64,000 nucleotides of DNA. Source: a virus (lineage: Duplodnaviria; Caudoviricetes). The position numbers were made by a program, and so were the translations under genes. The notes under the pieces are model-generated. The model was not told the origin of the DNA. It saw nothing but the letters and a program-made list of their open reading frames with translations, and did no database searches. Of the stretch, positions 38,174 to 48,628 are shown in pieces (position 1 is the first letter of the stretch; the number at the start of each line of letters is the position of its first letter). Location of the stretch: IMG/VR virus record IMGVR_UViG_2799112583_000005, positions 6,192 through 70,191 of that record, one strand, 5' to 3'.

Positions 38174-38279
38174 AAAAATTTTTATGAAAATTACGGTATT
38201 CCGTAATAAAATTCCATTTTGCTCTTCCCTCCGCTCAGCAGTGGTAGAATTGCCACACTTGGACGGAGGAAAGAGCAAA

Positions 38280-38654
38280 ATGGGAGAGATCAGCGAAACA
38301 AAAGAATTTCTGCTGCTTCAAAGAATCCTTGACATGATGGAATATGGCTATGTGTGTCTCCGGCAATTCCCTAAGTCCGAGAAGTACGCTCTGGCAACGG
38401 ATATCAAGCGATGCATGGATGAAATGGTGTCGCTTGCGATTACAGCTCAGAAACGATACTACAAAAAGACCACTTTGCAGGATCTGGACATAGAGATTAT
38501 GAAGCTCCGTATCTATATCCGGTTGGCGTATAGGCTACGATTTCTTCCAATGGAGAAGTACGAGAACTGGTCAGCTATGGTGGTCGAAATCGGTAAAATG
38601 CTCGGCGGCTGGATCAAGACCGTCAATGAACGGGCCGCAAAGCAGAGGGAATAG
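38280..38654 (+). CDS. avd: DGR accessory variability determinant (four-helix bundle)
   Basis: FPKSEKYALATDIK, KKTTLQDLD, EIGKMLGGWIK. Confidence 0.92.
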   Translation: MGEISETKEFLLLQRILDMMEYGYVCLRQFPKSEKYALATDIKRCMDEMVSLAITAQKRYYKKTTLQDLDIEIMKLRIYIRLAYRLRFLPMEKYENWSAMVVEIGKMLGGWIKTVNERAAKQRE

Positions 38655-38657
38655 TCC

Positions 38658-38776
38658 ACGAACGTTGTTGGTTATGCGGCGGCAACTGGAACAACGGCAC
38701 GAACGCCGGTGTGTTCTACTCGAACGGCAACAACTCCCGCGGCAACTCGAACACGAACATCGGCTTCCGCTCCGCT
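38658..38776 (+). ncRNA. DGR template repeat (TR)
   Basis: 10 in-frame AAC codons, 28 adenines; lies between avd and RT. Confidence 0.95.
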
Positions 38777-38951
38777 CATGCCCAAAAGTCTCATGTTGCA
38801 GGCTCAAGGGCCTGCAATCAGTACCGGGCATAAGGGGACTATCCCCGGGGTTATATCGTAGCCCAAAAACATTCTCTTCGGTAATCCGACGTTCCGGCGG
38901 TGTCCAAAGCCGCACGGCGTCTGATAGGCCGGGGATAAGAGGAGTGGCAGA

Positions 38952-40070
38952 ATGGAAAAATACTCTCATGTTTTCGAAGAGTTTGACACTTTCGAGAATA
39001 TGTATGACGGCTATCTGTTGGCGCGCAAATCCAAGCGCGAGCGCCCGGAGGTATTACGCTATTCTGCCAACCTTGAAGAAAATATCATCAACGATGTGAA
39101 CCGCCTGTACTGGCAGACATATACCCCCGGAGAACTGCGGCCATTCTACGAGTATTTTCCGAAGCTCAGACTGATTCACTCTCAACAATTCGGCGATCGG
39201 GTGGTCAACTGCGCAGCATATAACGTCCTTTGGCCGATCTATTCCAAGTCTTTCTATGAACACAGTTACGGGAGCATCCCCGGAGGCGGTCAAATCAATG
39301 CAGTTAATACCCTGCAGCAGTGGATGAAAATGCTGGACGGAAAGCAAGAGCGGTGGTACATAGGCAAGCTCGATATAGCAAAGTTCTTTTTCCGCATTCC
39401 TATTGAAGTTCAGATGCGAGAACTGCTGCGGCCTCTGGACGATCCCCGTATGGCATGGTTCCTCAATGTGGCGATCCGCTGCGACGGCCGGCCATTTGGC
39501 TTGCCACTCCATTGCACCGACGTCACTACCGCCGAAAGAATCTGCGGCCGAGGGATGCAGGTCGGCAGCCTGATCTCCCAGACAACGGCCAATGTGGTGC
39601 TGACACCGCTCGACCATTACATCAAGCGCGTTATGCGCATCCCGTACTATATCCGGTACATGGACGACATGATGATTCTTTTGCCGGGGAAAGACGAGTG
39701 CTGGGAGGCGATCGCAGAGATAGATGATTTCATGCAGGAACACCTTGGGCTTCAGTTGAACAAAAAGACTGCTGTAATGCCTGTCGGTACCGGCGTGGAA
39801 TTCATTGGGCGCATGGTGTGGCCGGGGCGAACGACGCTGAGAAAAAGCACCAGCCTAAATATGAAGCGGCATCTCCGGTTTGTCATGGAGCACTACAGTA
39901 CCGGCGAGTTGCCCCTGGAATACTGCGAAAGCGTGATCACCAGCTATCTTGGGCTAATGAGTCATTGTGACTGTGAGGATCTGAGAAACAAAACCTTAGA
40001 AGACTTCGTCCTTGTCCGACGACATTTCGGAGAGGACGAGGAAATTATCGAAGAAGATCAGTTCATGTGA
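38952..40070 (+). CDS. DGR reverse transcriptase
   Basis: KLDIAKFF, GMQVGSLISQ (GxxxSQ), YIRYMDD, GVEFIG. Confidence 0.95.
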   Translation: MEKYSHVFEEFDTFENMYDGYLLARKSKRERPEVLRYSANLEENIINDVNRLYWQTYTPGELRPFYEYFPKLRLIHSQQFGDRVVNCAAYNVLWPIYSKSFYEHSYGSIPGGGQINAVNTLQQWMKMLDGKQERWYIGKLDIAKFFFRIPIEVQMRELLRPLDDPRMAWFLNVAIRCDGRPFGLPLHCTDVTTAERICGRGMQVGSLISQTTANVVLTPLDHYIKRVMRIPYYIRYMDDMMILLPGKDECWEAIAEIDDFMQEHLGLQLNKKTAVMPVGTGVEFIGRMVWPGRTTLRKSTSLNMKRHLRFVMEHYSTGELPLEYCESVITSYLGLMSHCDCEDLRNKTLEDFVLVRRHFGEDEEIIEEDQFM

Positions 40071-40196
40071 GCTGGTCTTCTTTCTCTTTGGAGGTGTTTA
40101 CCGATGGATGAAGAGAACACTGATCTGACCGGCAAGGAGGTCGAGATCGCGGACAATGACGAACACACACATTCCGGATTGTTGGAGGATGAGTAA

Positions 40197-40922
40197 ATGA
40201 ACACGATAGAAAATGCGGTACAGTGGGCAATCGACATTGCCAACAATAATTCGCACGGCTACAGCCAGGCCAACCGCTGGGGGCCGGACTATGACTGCTC
40301 GTCGCTGGTAATTTCGGCGTGGCAGCAGGCGGGCGTGCCGGTGCGCAGCGCCGGCGCGAGCTATACGGGCAATATGAAGACGGCGTTCCTCGCCTGCGGT
40401 TTTGCCGACGTGAGCGGCAGCGTGAACCTGACGACCGGTGACGGCCTTCAGCGCGGCGACGTGCTGCTGAACGAGCGCAATCACACTGCGATGTGCATCG
40501 GCGGTGGCCGTATCGTTCACGCACGCAGCAGTGAGGGGAATTCTATACAGGGCGATCAGAGCGGCAATGAGATCCGCGTGCAGCCGTATTACGTCTATTC
40601 GAGCGGCTGGGATTGTGTGCTTCGGTACACGGGCGAGCCCGCGCCGGCCGAACCGGAGCGCGAACTTTTTGCCGTGGTTGTGCAGCTCCCGGAACTGCGG
40701 TGCGGTGACACGGGCTATTACGTGCAGGAGATGCAGTCGCAGCTTGTCTTGCACGGGTGCAGCCCCGAAAACACCATCCGGCGTGACGGCACTTGCGACG
40801 GCAAATTTGGAGACGGCACAGAGACCGCGCTGAGGCGATTCCAGGCGATGCGCGGTCTGCCAACGACTGGCGTGTGCGACGGGCAGTGCTGGGCCGCGCT
40901 TATTAACAAATCGGAGGTATAA
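40197..40922 (+). CDS. Endolysin (NlpC/P60-type with PG-binding domain)
   Basis: GYSQANRWGPDYDCSS, NHTAM; C-terminal DGKFGDGTETALRRFQ. Confidence 0.88.
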   Translation: MNTIENAVQWAIDIANNNSHGYSQANRWGPDYDCSSLVISAWQQAGVPVRSAGASYTGNMKTAFLACGFADVSGSVNLTTGDGLQRGDVLLNERNHTAMCIGGGRIVHARSSEGNSIQGDQSGNEIRVQPYYVYSSGWDCVLRYTGEPAPAEPERELFAVVVQLPELRCGDTGYYVQEMQSQLVLHGCSPENTIRRDGTCDGKFGDGTETALRRFQAMRGLPTTGVCDGQCWAALINKSEV

Positions 40923-40926
40923 CACC

Positions 40927-41430
40927 ATGAATGCGCCAACAAAAGCCCAGGAAGTCAAGGCATTTATTGCCGCGGGCTTCGCCTTTTTTACCGCCCTCTG
41001 GGGCTGGGTCGGATGGATTGTATTCCTGTTGATCCTTGCTATAGCTCTGGATTACATCACCGGGACGGCGGCAGCTAAGGCAAATGGCGAGTGGACAAGC
41101 AAATTAGCCCGTGAAGGCCTCTGGCACAAACTCGGGGAAATATTTGCGCTGCTCGTTGCAGCTCTTTGTGATATTGCTGTCGATGTGATCCTGCACACCG
41201 GAGCTGCACAGATTGTCGAGGGCATCCCCTATGGCAATTATATTACATTGATCGTTTCCGTGTGGTACTTCTTCACGGAAGTGGGAAGCATCCTCGAAAA
41301 CGTGAAGCGACTGGGCGCGCCGATCCCTGAATGGCTAATTGCCGGAGCAAAAATTCTGAAAGGCAAAACGTCCGATTCAGTGCCGCCCGGCATGCGTGAA
41401 ATTACAGAAGACACAAACAAAAAAGACTGA
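40927..41430 (+). CDS. Holin (phage holin family 4-like)
   Basis: LDYITG, S..AREGL.HK, EVGSILEN...LG.PIP. Confidence 0.85.
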   Translation: MNAPTKAQEVKAFIAAGFAFFTALWGWVGWIVFLLILAIALDYITGTAAAKANGEWTSKLAREGLWHKLGEIFALLVAALCDIAVDVILHTGAAQIVEGIPYGNYITLIVSVWYFFTEVGSILENVKRLGAPIPEWLIAGAKILKGKTSDSVPPGMREITEDTNKKD

Positions 41431-41444
41431 AAAGGAGAATTATC

Positions 41445-41813
41445 ATGAGCCAGTACATCAACCAGATTCTGCTTGTCCTGTTCCTTGCTTTCGCCGCCTT
41501 CCTCGGAACCCAGGCCAAGCGCCTGTACCAGCAGTTTGTCACCACGAAGGTGAAACAGGACATTTGCAAGACGGCCGTGCGCTTTGTCGAGCAGGTCTAT
41601 AAAGATTTTCACGGCCATGAGAAGCTGAAAATGGCCATGCTGAAAGCCTCGGAGCTGCTGGCCGAGTACGGCATCACCATCTCAGATGTCGAGTTGATTG
41701 CCATGCTCGAAGCCGCGGTCAATGAATTCAACAATAGCTTCAGCAAAACGCAAGCAGACGACAGTCTTGAAATTGGTGCCGATTACGAAACAGAAATGGA
41801 GAGAGCAAAATGA
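41445..41813 (+). CDS. Second holin (LL-H-like)
   Basis: Single N-terminal TM; AVRFVEQ...GHEKL..A; LEAAVNEF. Confidence 0.7.
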   Translation: MSQYINQILLVLFLAFAAFLGTQAKRLYQQFVTTKVKQDICKTAVRFVEQVYKDFHGHEKLKMAMLKASELLAEYGITISDVELIAMLEAAVNEFNNSFSKTQADDSLEIGADYETEMERAK

Positions 41814-42187
41814 GCGAACAGAAGATTTCAACTATTCAGACGCGCAACAACCTGAATGCTGTGTACCGTGATGGTGAGCCCGGCCCCGGCGGTGCATACC
41901 ACGAGTATGATGTCTATGCGGCAAACGATGATCCTGAGAACGGGAATCCCATCTGTGTGATCCAGTTCCAGAAAGGCCCGCGCGATGATCCCAGCTCGCA
42001 GCACGGTGTCCTCGACGGCGACTTGCTGGAGATGGTGCGCGACCGGCTGCGCGCATTCCAGTCCGGTCCGTATGCCTGCCGGGAGAACGCCTGCGCGCTG
42101 ACCCACATCGAGGAGGCTCTGATGTGGATGAACAGACGTGCTGAGGATCGCGCTGAACGCTGCGTCCTCGGTACCTACAACAAGTAA
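41810..42187 (+). CDS. tad1: Tad1-family anti-Thoeris/anti-CBASS nucleotide sponge
   Basis: [14 protein letters not shown]....QHGV.D.DLLE.VRDRL..FQ.GP...[28 protein letters not shown] match the Tad1 sequence as I recall it. Confidence 0.88.
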   Translation: MSEQKISTIQTRNNLNAVYRDGEPGPGGAYHEYDVYAANDDPENGNPICVIQFQKGPRDDPSSQHGVLDGDLLEMVRDRLRAFQSGPYACRENACALTHIEEALMWMNRRAEDRAERCVLGTYNK

Positions 42188-42188
42188 G

Positions 42189-42242
42189 AAAAGCCCCTGC
42201 CATTTCGGTGACCACCGATTTGGTAGGGGTTTCTTTTTTTTT
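42189..42242. terminator. Bidirectional terminator between convergent late and early modules
   Basis: AAGCCCCTGCCA..CGGTG-ACC-ACCG..TGGTAGGGGTTT with A and T tracts. Confidence 0.75.
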
Positions 42243-42347
42243 GACCAGGAAAGCGTTTCCTTCGCGTTTTTGGTGTCGGGGGATATACGAATATAGGGTG
42301 CGCGGGTAAAGGCCGTTGCAACGGCTGGAAATGGCCTCTGGGGCAAA

Positions 42348-42752
42348 CTAAGCGCCGTTCTCTATGTTGAGATACCGATAGCACACTGCTTTTACCGCTT
42401 CCTCGCTGTTACGGCCACCGATGGACGCTGCTACGCTCTCCCAGGAGTTGCCATCGAGAAAGCGCAGGGCAAAGATCACCTTCGTCTGAAAATCCGGGAT
42501 GCTCATGATCCAGTCCCGGATACCGCTTTCCTCCGACCGTTTGACAATGCGCTCCAGACGAGCCACGTCGTCAATAGCGATCTGCATGGAGATCGCTATG
42601 TTTTCTGTGCCGCGAGTGGCGTTGTGCGCGTGCGGCATCCCGTCAAAGTGCTGGGCACTGAGGATTTGTCCTTGCATCTTCTGTAAGGTCTCCCTGGCGT
42701 CATGAAGTTGGGTAACCATGTCCCGGTGACCGTTCAGATCTGCAAGCGTCAT
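42348..42752 (-). CDS. RinA/ArpU-like late transcriptional activator
   Basis: IPD...KVIFALRFLDGNSWESVA..IGG.NS.E.VK..CYRYL. Confidence 0.75.
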   Translation of the reverse strand: MTLADLNGHRDMVTQLHDARETLQKMQGQILSAQHFDGMPHAHNATRGTENIAISMQIAIDDVARLERIVKRSEESGIRDWIMSIPDFQTKVIFALRFLDGNSWESVAASIGGRNSEEAVKAVCYRYLNIENGA

Positions 42753-43408
42753 TGTTCTGCATCACCCCCGTTGAGATCGTAAACTGCTGCATAAAATTTG
42801 TCAATTCGACAGTAGAAATACCATCGATAGGCTCAGTGTCACGTAATACCTGTTCAAACCTGTTATGGATCTGCTCTTCGGTTTCATCGTCAAGAACTAA
42901 GGCGAATGTTGGACTGTGCACGAAGCCAATGAGAACCAACAGCTTGTGCATACGCCCATCAGCAGATAGCTTTCTCCATTTATTCCAACGATTGAAATGC
43001 TTTTTTAGTTTGGAGGTCATTATTTACTGTACTCCTGTGGCGCGCTGTCAATACGGCAAGCCTATATCAACCGGGATCGACACCGGAGACTTGATCCATT
43101 TCAGAATATCGTCCACTGTTGTCACAGCATGGCCGCCGGGAAGAATACAGGTGCCGTCGTAGGCGTTGATATTGCCGATCACATACGAGATAAATGCTGC
43201 CAGTTCCGCATCAGAACTGCGCCGGAGTTTGTCACCGTTGGATGGTGGCGGGGCTTTCATGCCGAACGCGTCATAGCCGGCGGCAAGAACCTTGTCCCTG
43301 ATCTCTTCCAGCATGGTCTTGTCCATGTTGCGGATGCAGCAAAGCAGCAACCGCATTTCTTCGGCATCTCAATGCCTTTTATCAGAATGCTCAATTCACA
43401 TTCTCCTT

Positions 43409-44212
43409 TCAAAAGATTTTCATCTGACCGGCAGGCTCGAAGTTCATCCAAAGAACCTCCCGGCGCTTGGCTGCGGTTTGTGCTCGCACGTCGATCTCCT
43501 CACGGTGCCAGTTTTTCAGTGCCTCTCGGTACAGCGGGCTTTCATATCCTGATAGAAGAACGGGACCGCGGTGCTGCTTGAGTGCATCGAGCAGATCAGC
43601 GTGATCGGCATCAGTCATTTCACAAGCGTATTGCTTTCCGTGCCTGGTACCGAGGAGATACGGCGGGTCTGCGTAGATCAGCACGTTCGGAAAGTTGAAC
43701 CGGGTGATTACCTCGAGCGCCGGGCGATTCTCGATCTGGACCCCGCGCAGCCGTTCCGCGGCCTCTATGATGCGCTGGGGAGTATCACACCATCCCTTGG
43801 CAGCATAGGCCGCTTCCCGGCCCTGCACATCGTTTTTCCAGCCGACCTTGATCTCGTTCGTCCTGAAGCCATGCCCCATCATCAGCTTTGTGCAGAAGAC
43901 GACGGCTCGTTCAAAACTGCCATTGACACCGGCCTTGTATGCATCAATCGCTCGGTCATAGACCTCCCGTGAGTAAGGCGTCCAGTAGATGGCATCGGCC
44001 AGACGTTCTGGATCTCGCTTGATCCAGTCGAACAGGTTCACCACGTCGCCGTCAAGATCGTTCACCGTTTCGATCGGACTTCGGCTCTTGGTGAACAGCA
44101 CAGCGCCTGAGCCGAAGAACGGCTCCAGGTAGCTATGGTGCTGTGGAAAGAAATCGATGATCCACTGTGCAATATTCCACTTTGAGCCAGGGTATTTGAC
44201 GATAGCGTTCAC
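43409..44212 (-). CDS. DNA adenine methyltransferase (Dam/D12 class)
   Basis: KYPGSKW, YLEPFFGSGAV, NDLD, YADPPY. Confidence 0.92.
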   Translation of the reverse strand: MNAIVKYPGSKWNIAQWIIDFFPQHHSYLEPFFGSGAVLFTKSRSPIETVNDLDGDVVNLFDWIKRDPERLADAIYWTPYSREVYDRAIDAYKAGVNGSFERAVVFCTKLMMGHGFRTNEIKVGWKNDVQGREAAYAAKGWCDTPQRIIEAAERLRGVQIENRPALEVITRFNFPNVLIYADPPYLLGTRHGKQYACEMTDADHADLLDALKQHRGPVLLSGYESPLYREALKNWHREEIDVRAQTAAKRREVLWMNFEPAGQMKIF

Positions 44213-45172
44213 GGCCTCCCATCCTTGTCCTTTTGAAGAGCCTGCTCTGCAAGTGCCTGCATAGGCGGAGAAGAAAACAGATCGGCAATCGCTCGCAAGC
44301 ACTGCCCCATAGCGAAAGCCAGTTCTCTCAACGCGCCTCCAAGGTTTCGGATTTGCTTCATGCTGCCCTGTATGGCTCGTTCCATCCTCATGGAGTCGTA
44401 GTATTTCTGGTACGACCGATCACCGCGCAGATAGTCCGCCCGAAGAACAGCAGCGTCTCGGCTATAGCCCTCGCTCATAAGGAGCTTGATGAATCTCTTC
44501 CTGGTCATGGCATCGATCACTTCCCTTTCTTTGAGATCAGGTACCGGAAGAGAAAATAGGCCGAGCCTTTCATCCCACAGTTCTCACACTGCTTCTTGAG
44601 CGCCGTCGTGGCATTGGTGACCTTCTTGACAGAATAACCTGACTTCATCGTGTCGGCGCACGTCGGGCATAGGGTAACAATCTTATTCATTCTGCAGATC
44701 CTCCTCCCAGGGGAATATCCCGTCGAAGTCTCGACAGAAATAGTTTGGCGCCGTATAGCAGACGGCGTTCTTGTTGGAGTGCTTTTCGCACATACCACGG
44801 TCATCCTCTTTGAACCAGTAGGCGCAGCACCGGCAGCACGGGCCGAGCTCGTCATCTTCATCCCATTTCCTGACCAAGACAATCAGGGTAACGGTTAGAG
44901 CTACGGCGATAATCAGACAGACCGCCAGTGATATGTTGCCGGGGGATGATAAAGCTTGCATGATCTTATTCATTGGTTGCTTCCTCCTGTTCCTGATCTT
45001 TACGCGGAATGATCTTTCTCCGCAGGCCGTCGCGGCATAAAACAAGCGGCAATTCTTTCCGCCTTTCGTTCTCAGCATCGTCAAAGCCGCAGCGAGAGCA
45101 AAAACCTATCGTACTGCAGCCGCCAGCCAGACAGTTCGTCGGCGGCATTATGCGTTTGCTCATGTAGTCCTC

Positions 45173-45451
45173 CTATAAGTAATTTTTACCGAACTCCCTG
45201 TGCCAGTCCTCCATGGTCCAGCCGTTTTCCTCCATGGCTTTGCGCTGGGCCCATTGCTTGAGCATCAGGGCAGTTTCCTCGCATTTGTGGGCAGATTTTT
45301 TTCCCAGGCGGTGGCAGCGATTTCCGCACAGGGGAACGACAAGCCCGTACCTTTCCGATTTCTCCCGGAGAGAACCGGGGAATACATGGTGAATCTCCAA
45401 TGCATCCCCGTTCCCGTTCCGTCCGCAGAGAAAGCACCTCTGCTCGTCCAT
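45173..45451 (-). CDS. HNH-like zinc-binding nuclease
   Basis: CFLCG...EIHHVF.G..R...YGLVVPLC...CH. Confidence 0.7.
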   Translation of the reverse strand: MDEQRCFLCGRNGNGDALEIHHVFPGSLREKSERYGLVVPLCGNRCHRLGKKSAHKCEETALMLKQWAQRKAMEENGWTMEDWHREFGKNYL

Positions 45452-45456
45452 GCTGA

Positions 45457-45699
45457 CTACCTCTTTCGATGCTGCCGGGCATTCGGGCAGGTGGCGAAGT
45501 GAGACATACGGGCTTTCCCGGTCGGCGGCCCGGTAAAGGTGAGATCGCAGCGGACGGCATCGCCCCAGTCTGTGATCAGGATCTGCTTTCCGTTTGGATT
45601 TGCCTTGTACGGGATCAGCCCCGCATTGCAGGGCATTGACTTTCCGGCTTTTGTGCGCAGCCATACAATCGGTGCGCCGCAGGATCTGCAGGTGTCCAT
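45457..45699 (-). CDS. Zinc-ribbon hypothetical protein
   Basis: CRSCGAPIVW..T..GK.MPC...SHFATCP. Confidence 0.65.
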   Translation of the reverse strand: MDTCRSCGAPIVWLRTKAGKSMPCNAGLIPYKANPNGKQILITDWGDAVRCDLTFTGPPTGKARMSHFATCPNARQHRKR

Positions 45700-45700
45700 G

Positions 45701-47113
45701 TTAATTGCCCTCCTTCTTGTAGAACAGATTGTGCGTACCGCCGCGCAGCTCCACTTCCTCGGTGCTGCTGACATAGCCAAGACTACCCAGGAGGCGGTAA
45801 ACCATATCCAGGTCGGGGTCTTCGCTGTAGACGATATGCCACTGGCTTTCCTCGGCGTCCCATGTTTCACGCCAGTATTTACCCGTGTCGAGGATCCACA
45901 TTGCGGTAATCAGCGCCGTCCGCTCCGGATGCTGCATTTTGGCAGAAAGGAACTCCGCGTAATCCAGTTTTTTGGGGCCGCTGCCTTCCTGCATTTTTAC
46001 ACCGAGCATAGCAGCCAGCTCCGTGATGCTCGCATTGTTGGAATAACCACCGCCGTTCTGCTTCGCGTCGATCATGGCCTCTGTGACGAACTCCAATACG
46101 TTCACGTCACGCTTCTGGTACTGATTGAAGTTTTTGACAAAATCAAGGCGAAGTTTTCTGTGCCGCTCGGTCATTTCTGTGAACTGCCCTTTGAGTTTCT
46201 GATAGGCATCCGCACGAATTTTGTCCTCGATTTGCTTTCGCTCCGCCTCGGGATTTCGCTTCCACTTTTTGTAGAGGGTGATTTCCGTTTCTTTCTGTAC
46301 GAAGAAATACTCCTCGGCGCCGTCGTCCTCAGGCTTGATGGCGTCCTTGCCCTTGTCTCCATATTTGCTATAGTTGGTGACATACTCTACAGGGAAAGTC
46401 CGATCACCGATAAATCCGGTTTTCTGGCTGCCCTGCCATTCAACCTTGTCAATCTTTGTGGCAAAGGCAGAAACCTGTCCGGCCCATTTGTCGAGCAGAG
46501 CCTTGGTCTTCTGATTTTCAATTGCGGCTGAGAGGGCGTTTTTCCAGTCCTTTGTTCCCAGTTTCCCAAGCAGATCGTCTTTGACGGCCGGATCGTCGAT
46601 CTTGTCCATCTCGGCAAAATCGAAGAGGGTAGCACCGCGCTCCACGGCCTTCTTGAATTTCTTCTCGTCCAGTTCGGCGAGCTTTACGCGGCGCCTGACG
46701 GTGGCCTCGGAGAAGCCGGACATTGCCGATACATCCTGTATCGTTTTTCCGAGATCCAGCATCATCTGGAAGCCCTTGGCCTCCTCATAGATGGACAGGT
46801 CAGACCGCTGCATATTCTCTACAAGCATGGTGGCAATCTGGTCCTCATAGCTCATGTCCACGATGGTGCAGGGCAGTTCTGTGAGCCCGGCCAGCTTCGC
46901 CGCACTTGCCCGCCGGTGGCCAATCAGGATGGTATACAGGCCGTCCATCACACGCTTATGCACCTTCGAGTAATAGGGAACGACCGTCAGATTTTGAAGG
47001 ACGCCTTTGGCCTTGATGCTCTCTGCCAGCTCGGACAGATCGCCGAGCTCTTTTCTGGGATTGTCCGGGTGAGGATTGAGTTTATCAATCGGGATCATCA
47101 CAATGTCGGCCAT
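45701..47113 (-). CDS. ParB/RepB/Spo0J-family protein
   Basis: LNPHPDNPRK, LQNLTV, LIGHRR..AA, ENMQRSDL, HTH. Confidence 0.9.
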   Translation of the reverse strand: MADIVMIPIDKLNPHPDNPRKELGDLSELAESIKAKGVLQNLTVVPYYSKVHKRVMDGLYTILIGHRRASAAKLAGLTELPCTIVDMSYEDQIATMLVENMQRSDLSIYEEAKGFQMMLDLGKTIQDVSAMSGFSEATVRRRVKLAELDEKKFKKAVERGATLFDFAEMDKIDDPAVKDDLLGKLGTKDWKNALSAAIENQKTKALLDKWAGQVSAFATKIDKVEWQGSQKTGFIGDRTFPVEYVTNYSKYGDKGKDAIKPEDDGAEEYFFVQKETEITLYKKWKRNPEAERKQIEDKIRADAYQKLKGQFTEMTERHRKLRLDFVKNFNQYQKRDVNVLEFVTEAMIDAKQNGGGYSNNASITELAAMLGVKMQEGSGPKKLDYAEFLSAKMQHPERTALITAMWILDTGKYWRETWDAEESQWHIVYSEDPDLDMVYRLLGSLGYVSSTEEVELRGGTHNLFYKKEGN

Positions 47114-47116
47114 GGC

Positions 47117-47794
47117 TTAATCCTCCGGAACGTCATAGGGAAGCACCTCACGCGGCTCAGCACCGCGATAGGGGCCAACCACACCGCGCTCTTCCAGCAT
47201 ATCCATAAGCCGCGCGGCCTTGGAATAGCCGAGGTTCAGACGGCGCTGCAGCAGGCTCACAGTCGCTTTGTTTTCCTGCCTGACCAGGAGCGTGGACGCG
47301 GTGATCAGATCCTCGTCGGGATCGCTGCCGTCGCTCGCCGGATAATCCTCGCTGCCCTCGTCCGATTCATCCGGCTCGAAATCCTCATCCCCGCTGTCGT
47401 CGGCCTCAGCTTCATCGATGACGGGCATGGATCCGCTGGAGAGACCGCGATTGACCATTTCCCGGAAGAAATACAGGAGCCAGTAATCGCACATCTTCGA
47501 ATAGATGTTTACGAACTTGCTCTGCAGAGCCTTGCTGATCGTAAAGGTTCCGTTGAACTTCGTCTTGACGTCCTCGCCGTCCTTGCGGTAGATAACCATG
47601 GATGCGTCCGGCGAGATGTAGTCATTCTGCTCAGCGTCCGCGAGAAGCGAAAGCTGCTCGGTCACGCCCTGAATGGGACGGACGGTCATCGTGATCGGAT
47701 AGCTCTTGTTGCGGAAGCGATAGGTCAGATCGTGCTCTTTGCAGAGGTCATCCAGTTTCTTTTTCTGGGCCTCATACTTGCTGATTTCACTCAT
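47117..47794 (-). CDS. Protein with C-terminal FtsK gamma domain
   Basis: ATVSLLQRRLNLGYSKAARLMDMLEERGVVGP..G..PREVL. Confidence 0.85.
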   Translation of the reverse strand: MSEISKYEAQKKKLDDLCKEHDLTYRFRNKSYPITMTVRPIQGVTEQLSLLADAEQNDYISPDASMVIYRKDGEDVKTKFNGTFTISKALQSKFVNIYSKMCDYWLLYFFREMVNRGLSSGSMPVIDEAEADDSGDEDFEPDESDEGSEDYPASDGSDPDEDLITASTLLVRQENKATVSLLQRRLNLGYSKAARLMDMLEERGVVGPYRGAEPREVLPYDVPED

Positions 47795-48086
47795 AGTTTT
47801 CTCCTTTCAGTTCTGATCTGCCAGCGTCACAATACGTTCGCAGATGTTTGAGTGCAGATACTCGCGGAAAGCCTCCATGGTTTCCTCCATACAATCAAGA
47901 CGAATCTTGTCGAGAACAACGTCTTCGGACAAATCAAAATATTCGATGAAGAAGGATTCAAACGAATCAATCAATTCTTCGACATTCTCCATCCCCTCAA
48001 TTCTTTTCCTCTGATCATCGGAGAGCATTTCCTTAGAGTACTTTCCGGTGTCCACCAATTGTGTAAATCTGCTCATATATCTCCTT

Positions 48087-48617
48087 TTATTCCAGTATCA
48101 GGAGCAGATCGTTCCATGACGTCTGAACCTGATATTTCTTCAATTGCTCTTCGGTCACATACTTGTGGCCGAAGATTCTTTTCATGTCGGCCCACGCCGA
48201 CCAGGGGATGCGGTAGACGCTACCTGACTTATAACCGGCGAGGACATAGCATCGGGCACCGAGCGCCGACGCCTTCGTCATATAGTCTGCCTGCACATCG
48301 CTCACCCTGTCCTGCTCGATCCGGTCGCTCGTGGTGTGTTTGGCTTCAAAGATCACCGATCGCCCGCCCTTGACGGTGCCCTTGTAATCCGGCTGCGCCT
48401 TTTTGAGAAAGCAGCCGATGAAGCGGGTATGCTCCAGGCGCTTGATGATTTTGAACGGTTCCGGCGTCTTGTCGATCAGGGCAAAGCCGCGCTCCGCGTA
48501 ATAGGCAAAGCTGCGGTCAAGCCGGTCCTCAAAGGCTTTTCCCTCGGCCCTGTTCTTCCAGCCCCGGATCAGATTCTCTGGCTTCGGCTGAGGCAGCGGC
48601 GGCAATTTATCCAGCAT
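48087..48617 (-). CDS. recU: Holliday junction resolvase RecU
   Basis: GKAFE, DKTPEP, KAQPDYKG, IFEAKHT. Confidence 0.85.
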   Translation of the reverse strand: MLDKLPPLPQPKPENLIRGWKNRAEGKAFEDRLDRSFAYYAERGFALIDKTPEPFKIIKRLEHTRFIGCFLKKAQPDYKGTVKGGRSVIFEAKHTTSDRIEQDRVSDVQADYMTKASALGARCYVLAGYKSGSVYRIPWSAWADMKRIFGHKYVTEEQLKKYQVQTSWNDLLLILE

Positions 48618-48628
48618 TTGATTCCTCC

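Noticed and set aside
38626-39099. 157-aa ORF spanning the TR
   Set aside because: No convincing RBS; overlaps avd and RT; TR functions as RNA.
38952-40070. RT as a group II intron, retron or defence RT
   Set aside because: GxxxSQ motif, adjacent avd and an A-specific TR/VR pair identify a DGR RT; no maturase or endonuclease domain.
43048-43451. Possible frameshifted gene (MSILIKGIEMPKKC.. start in one frame, longer ORF in another)
   Set aside because: Cannot distinguish two overlapping small ORFs from a pseudogene without homologues.
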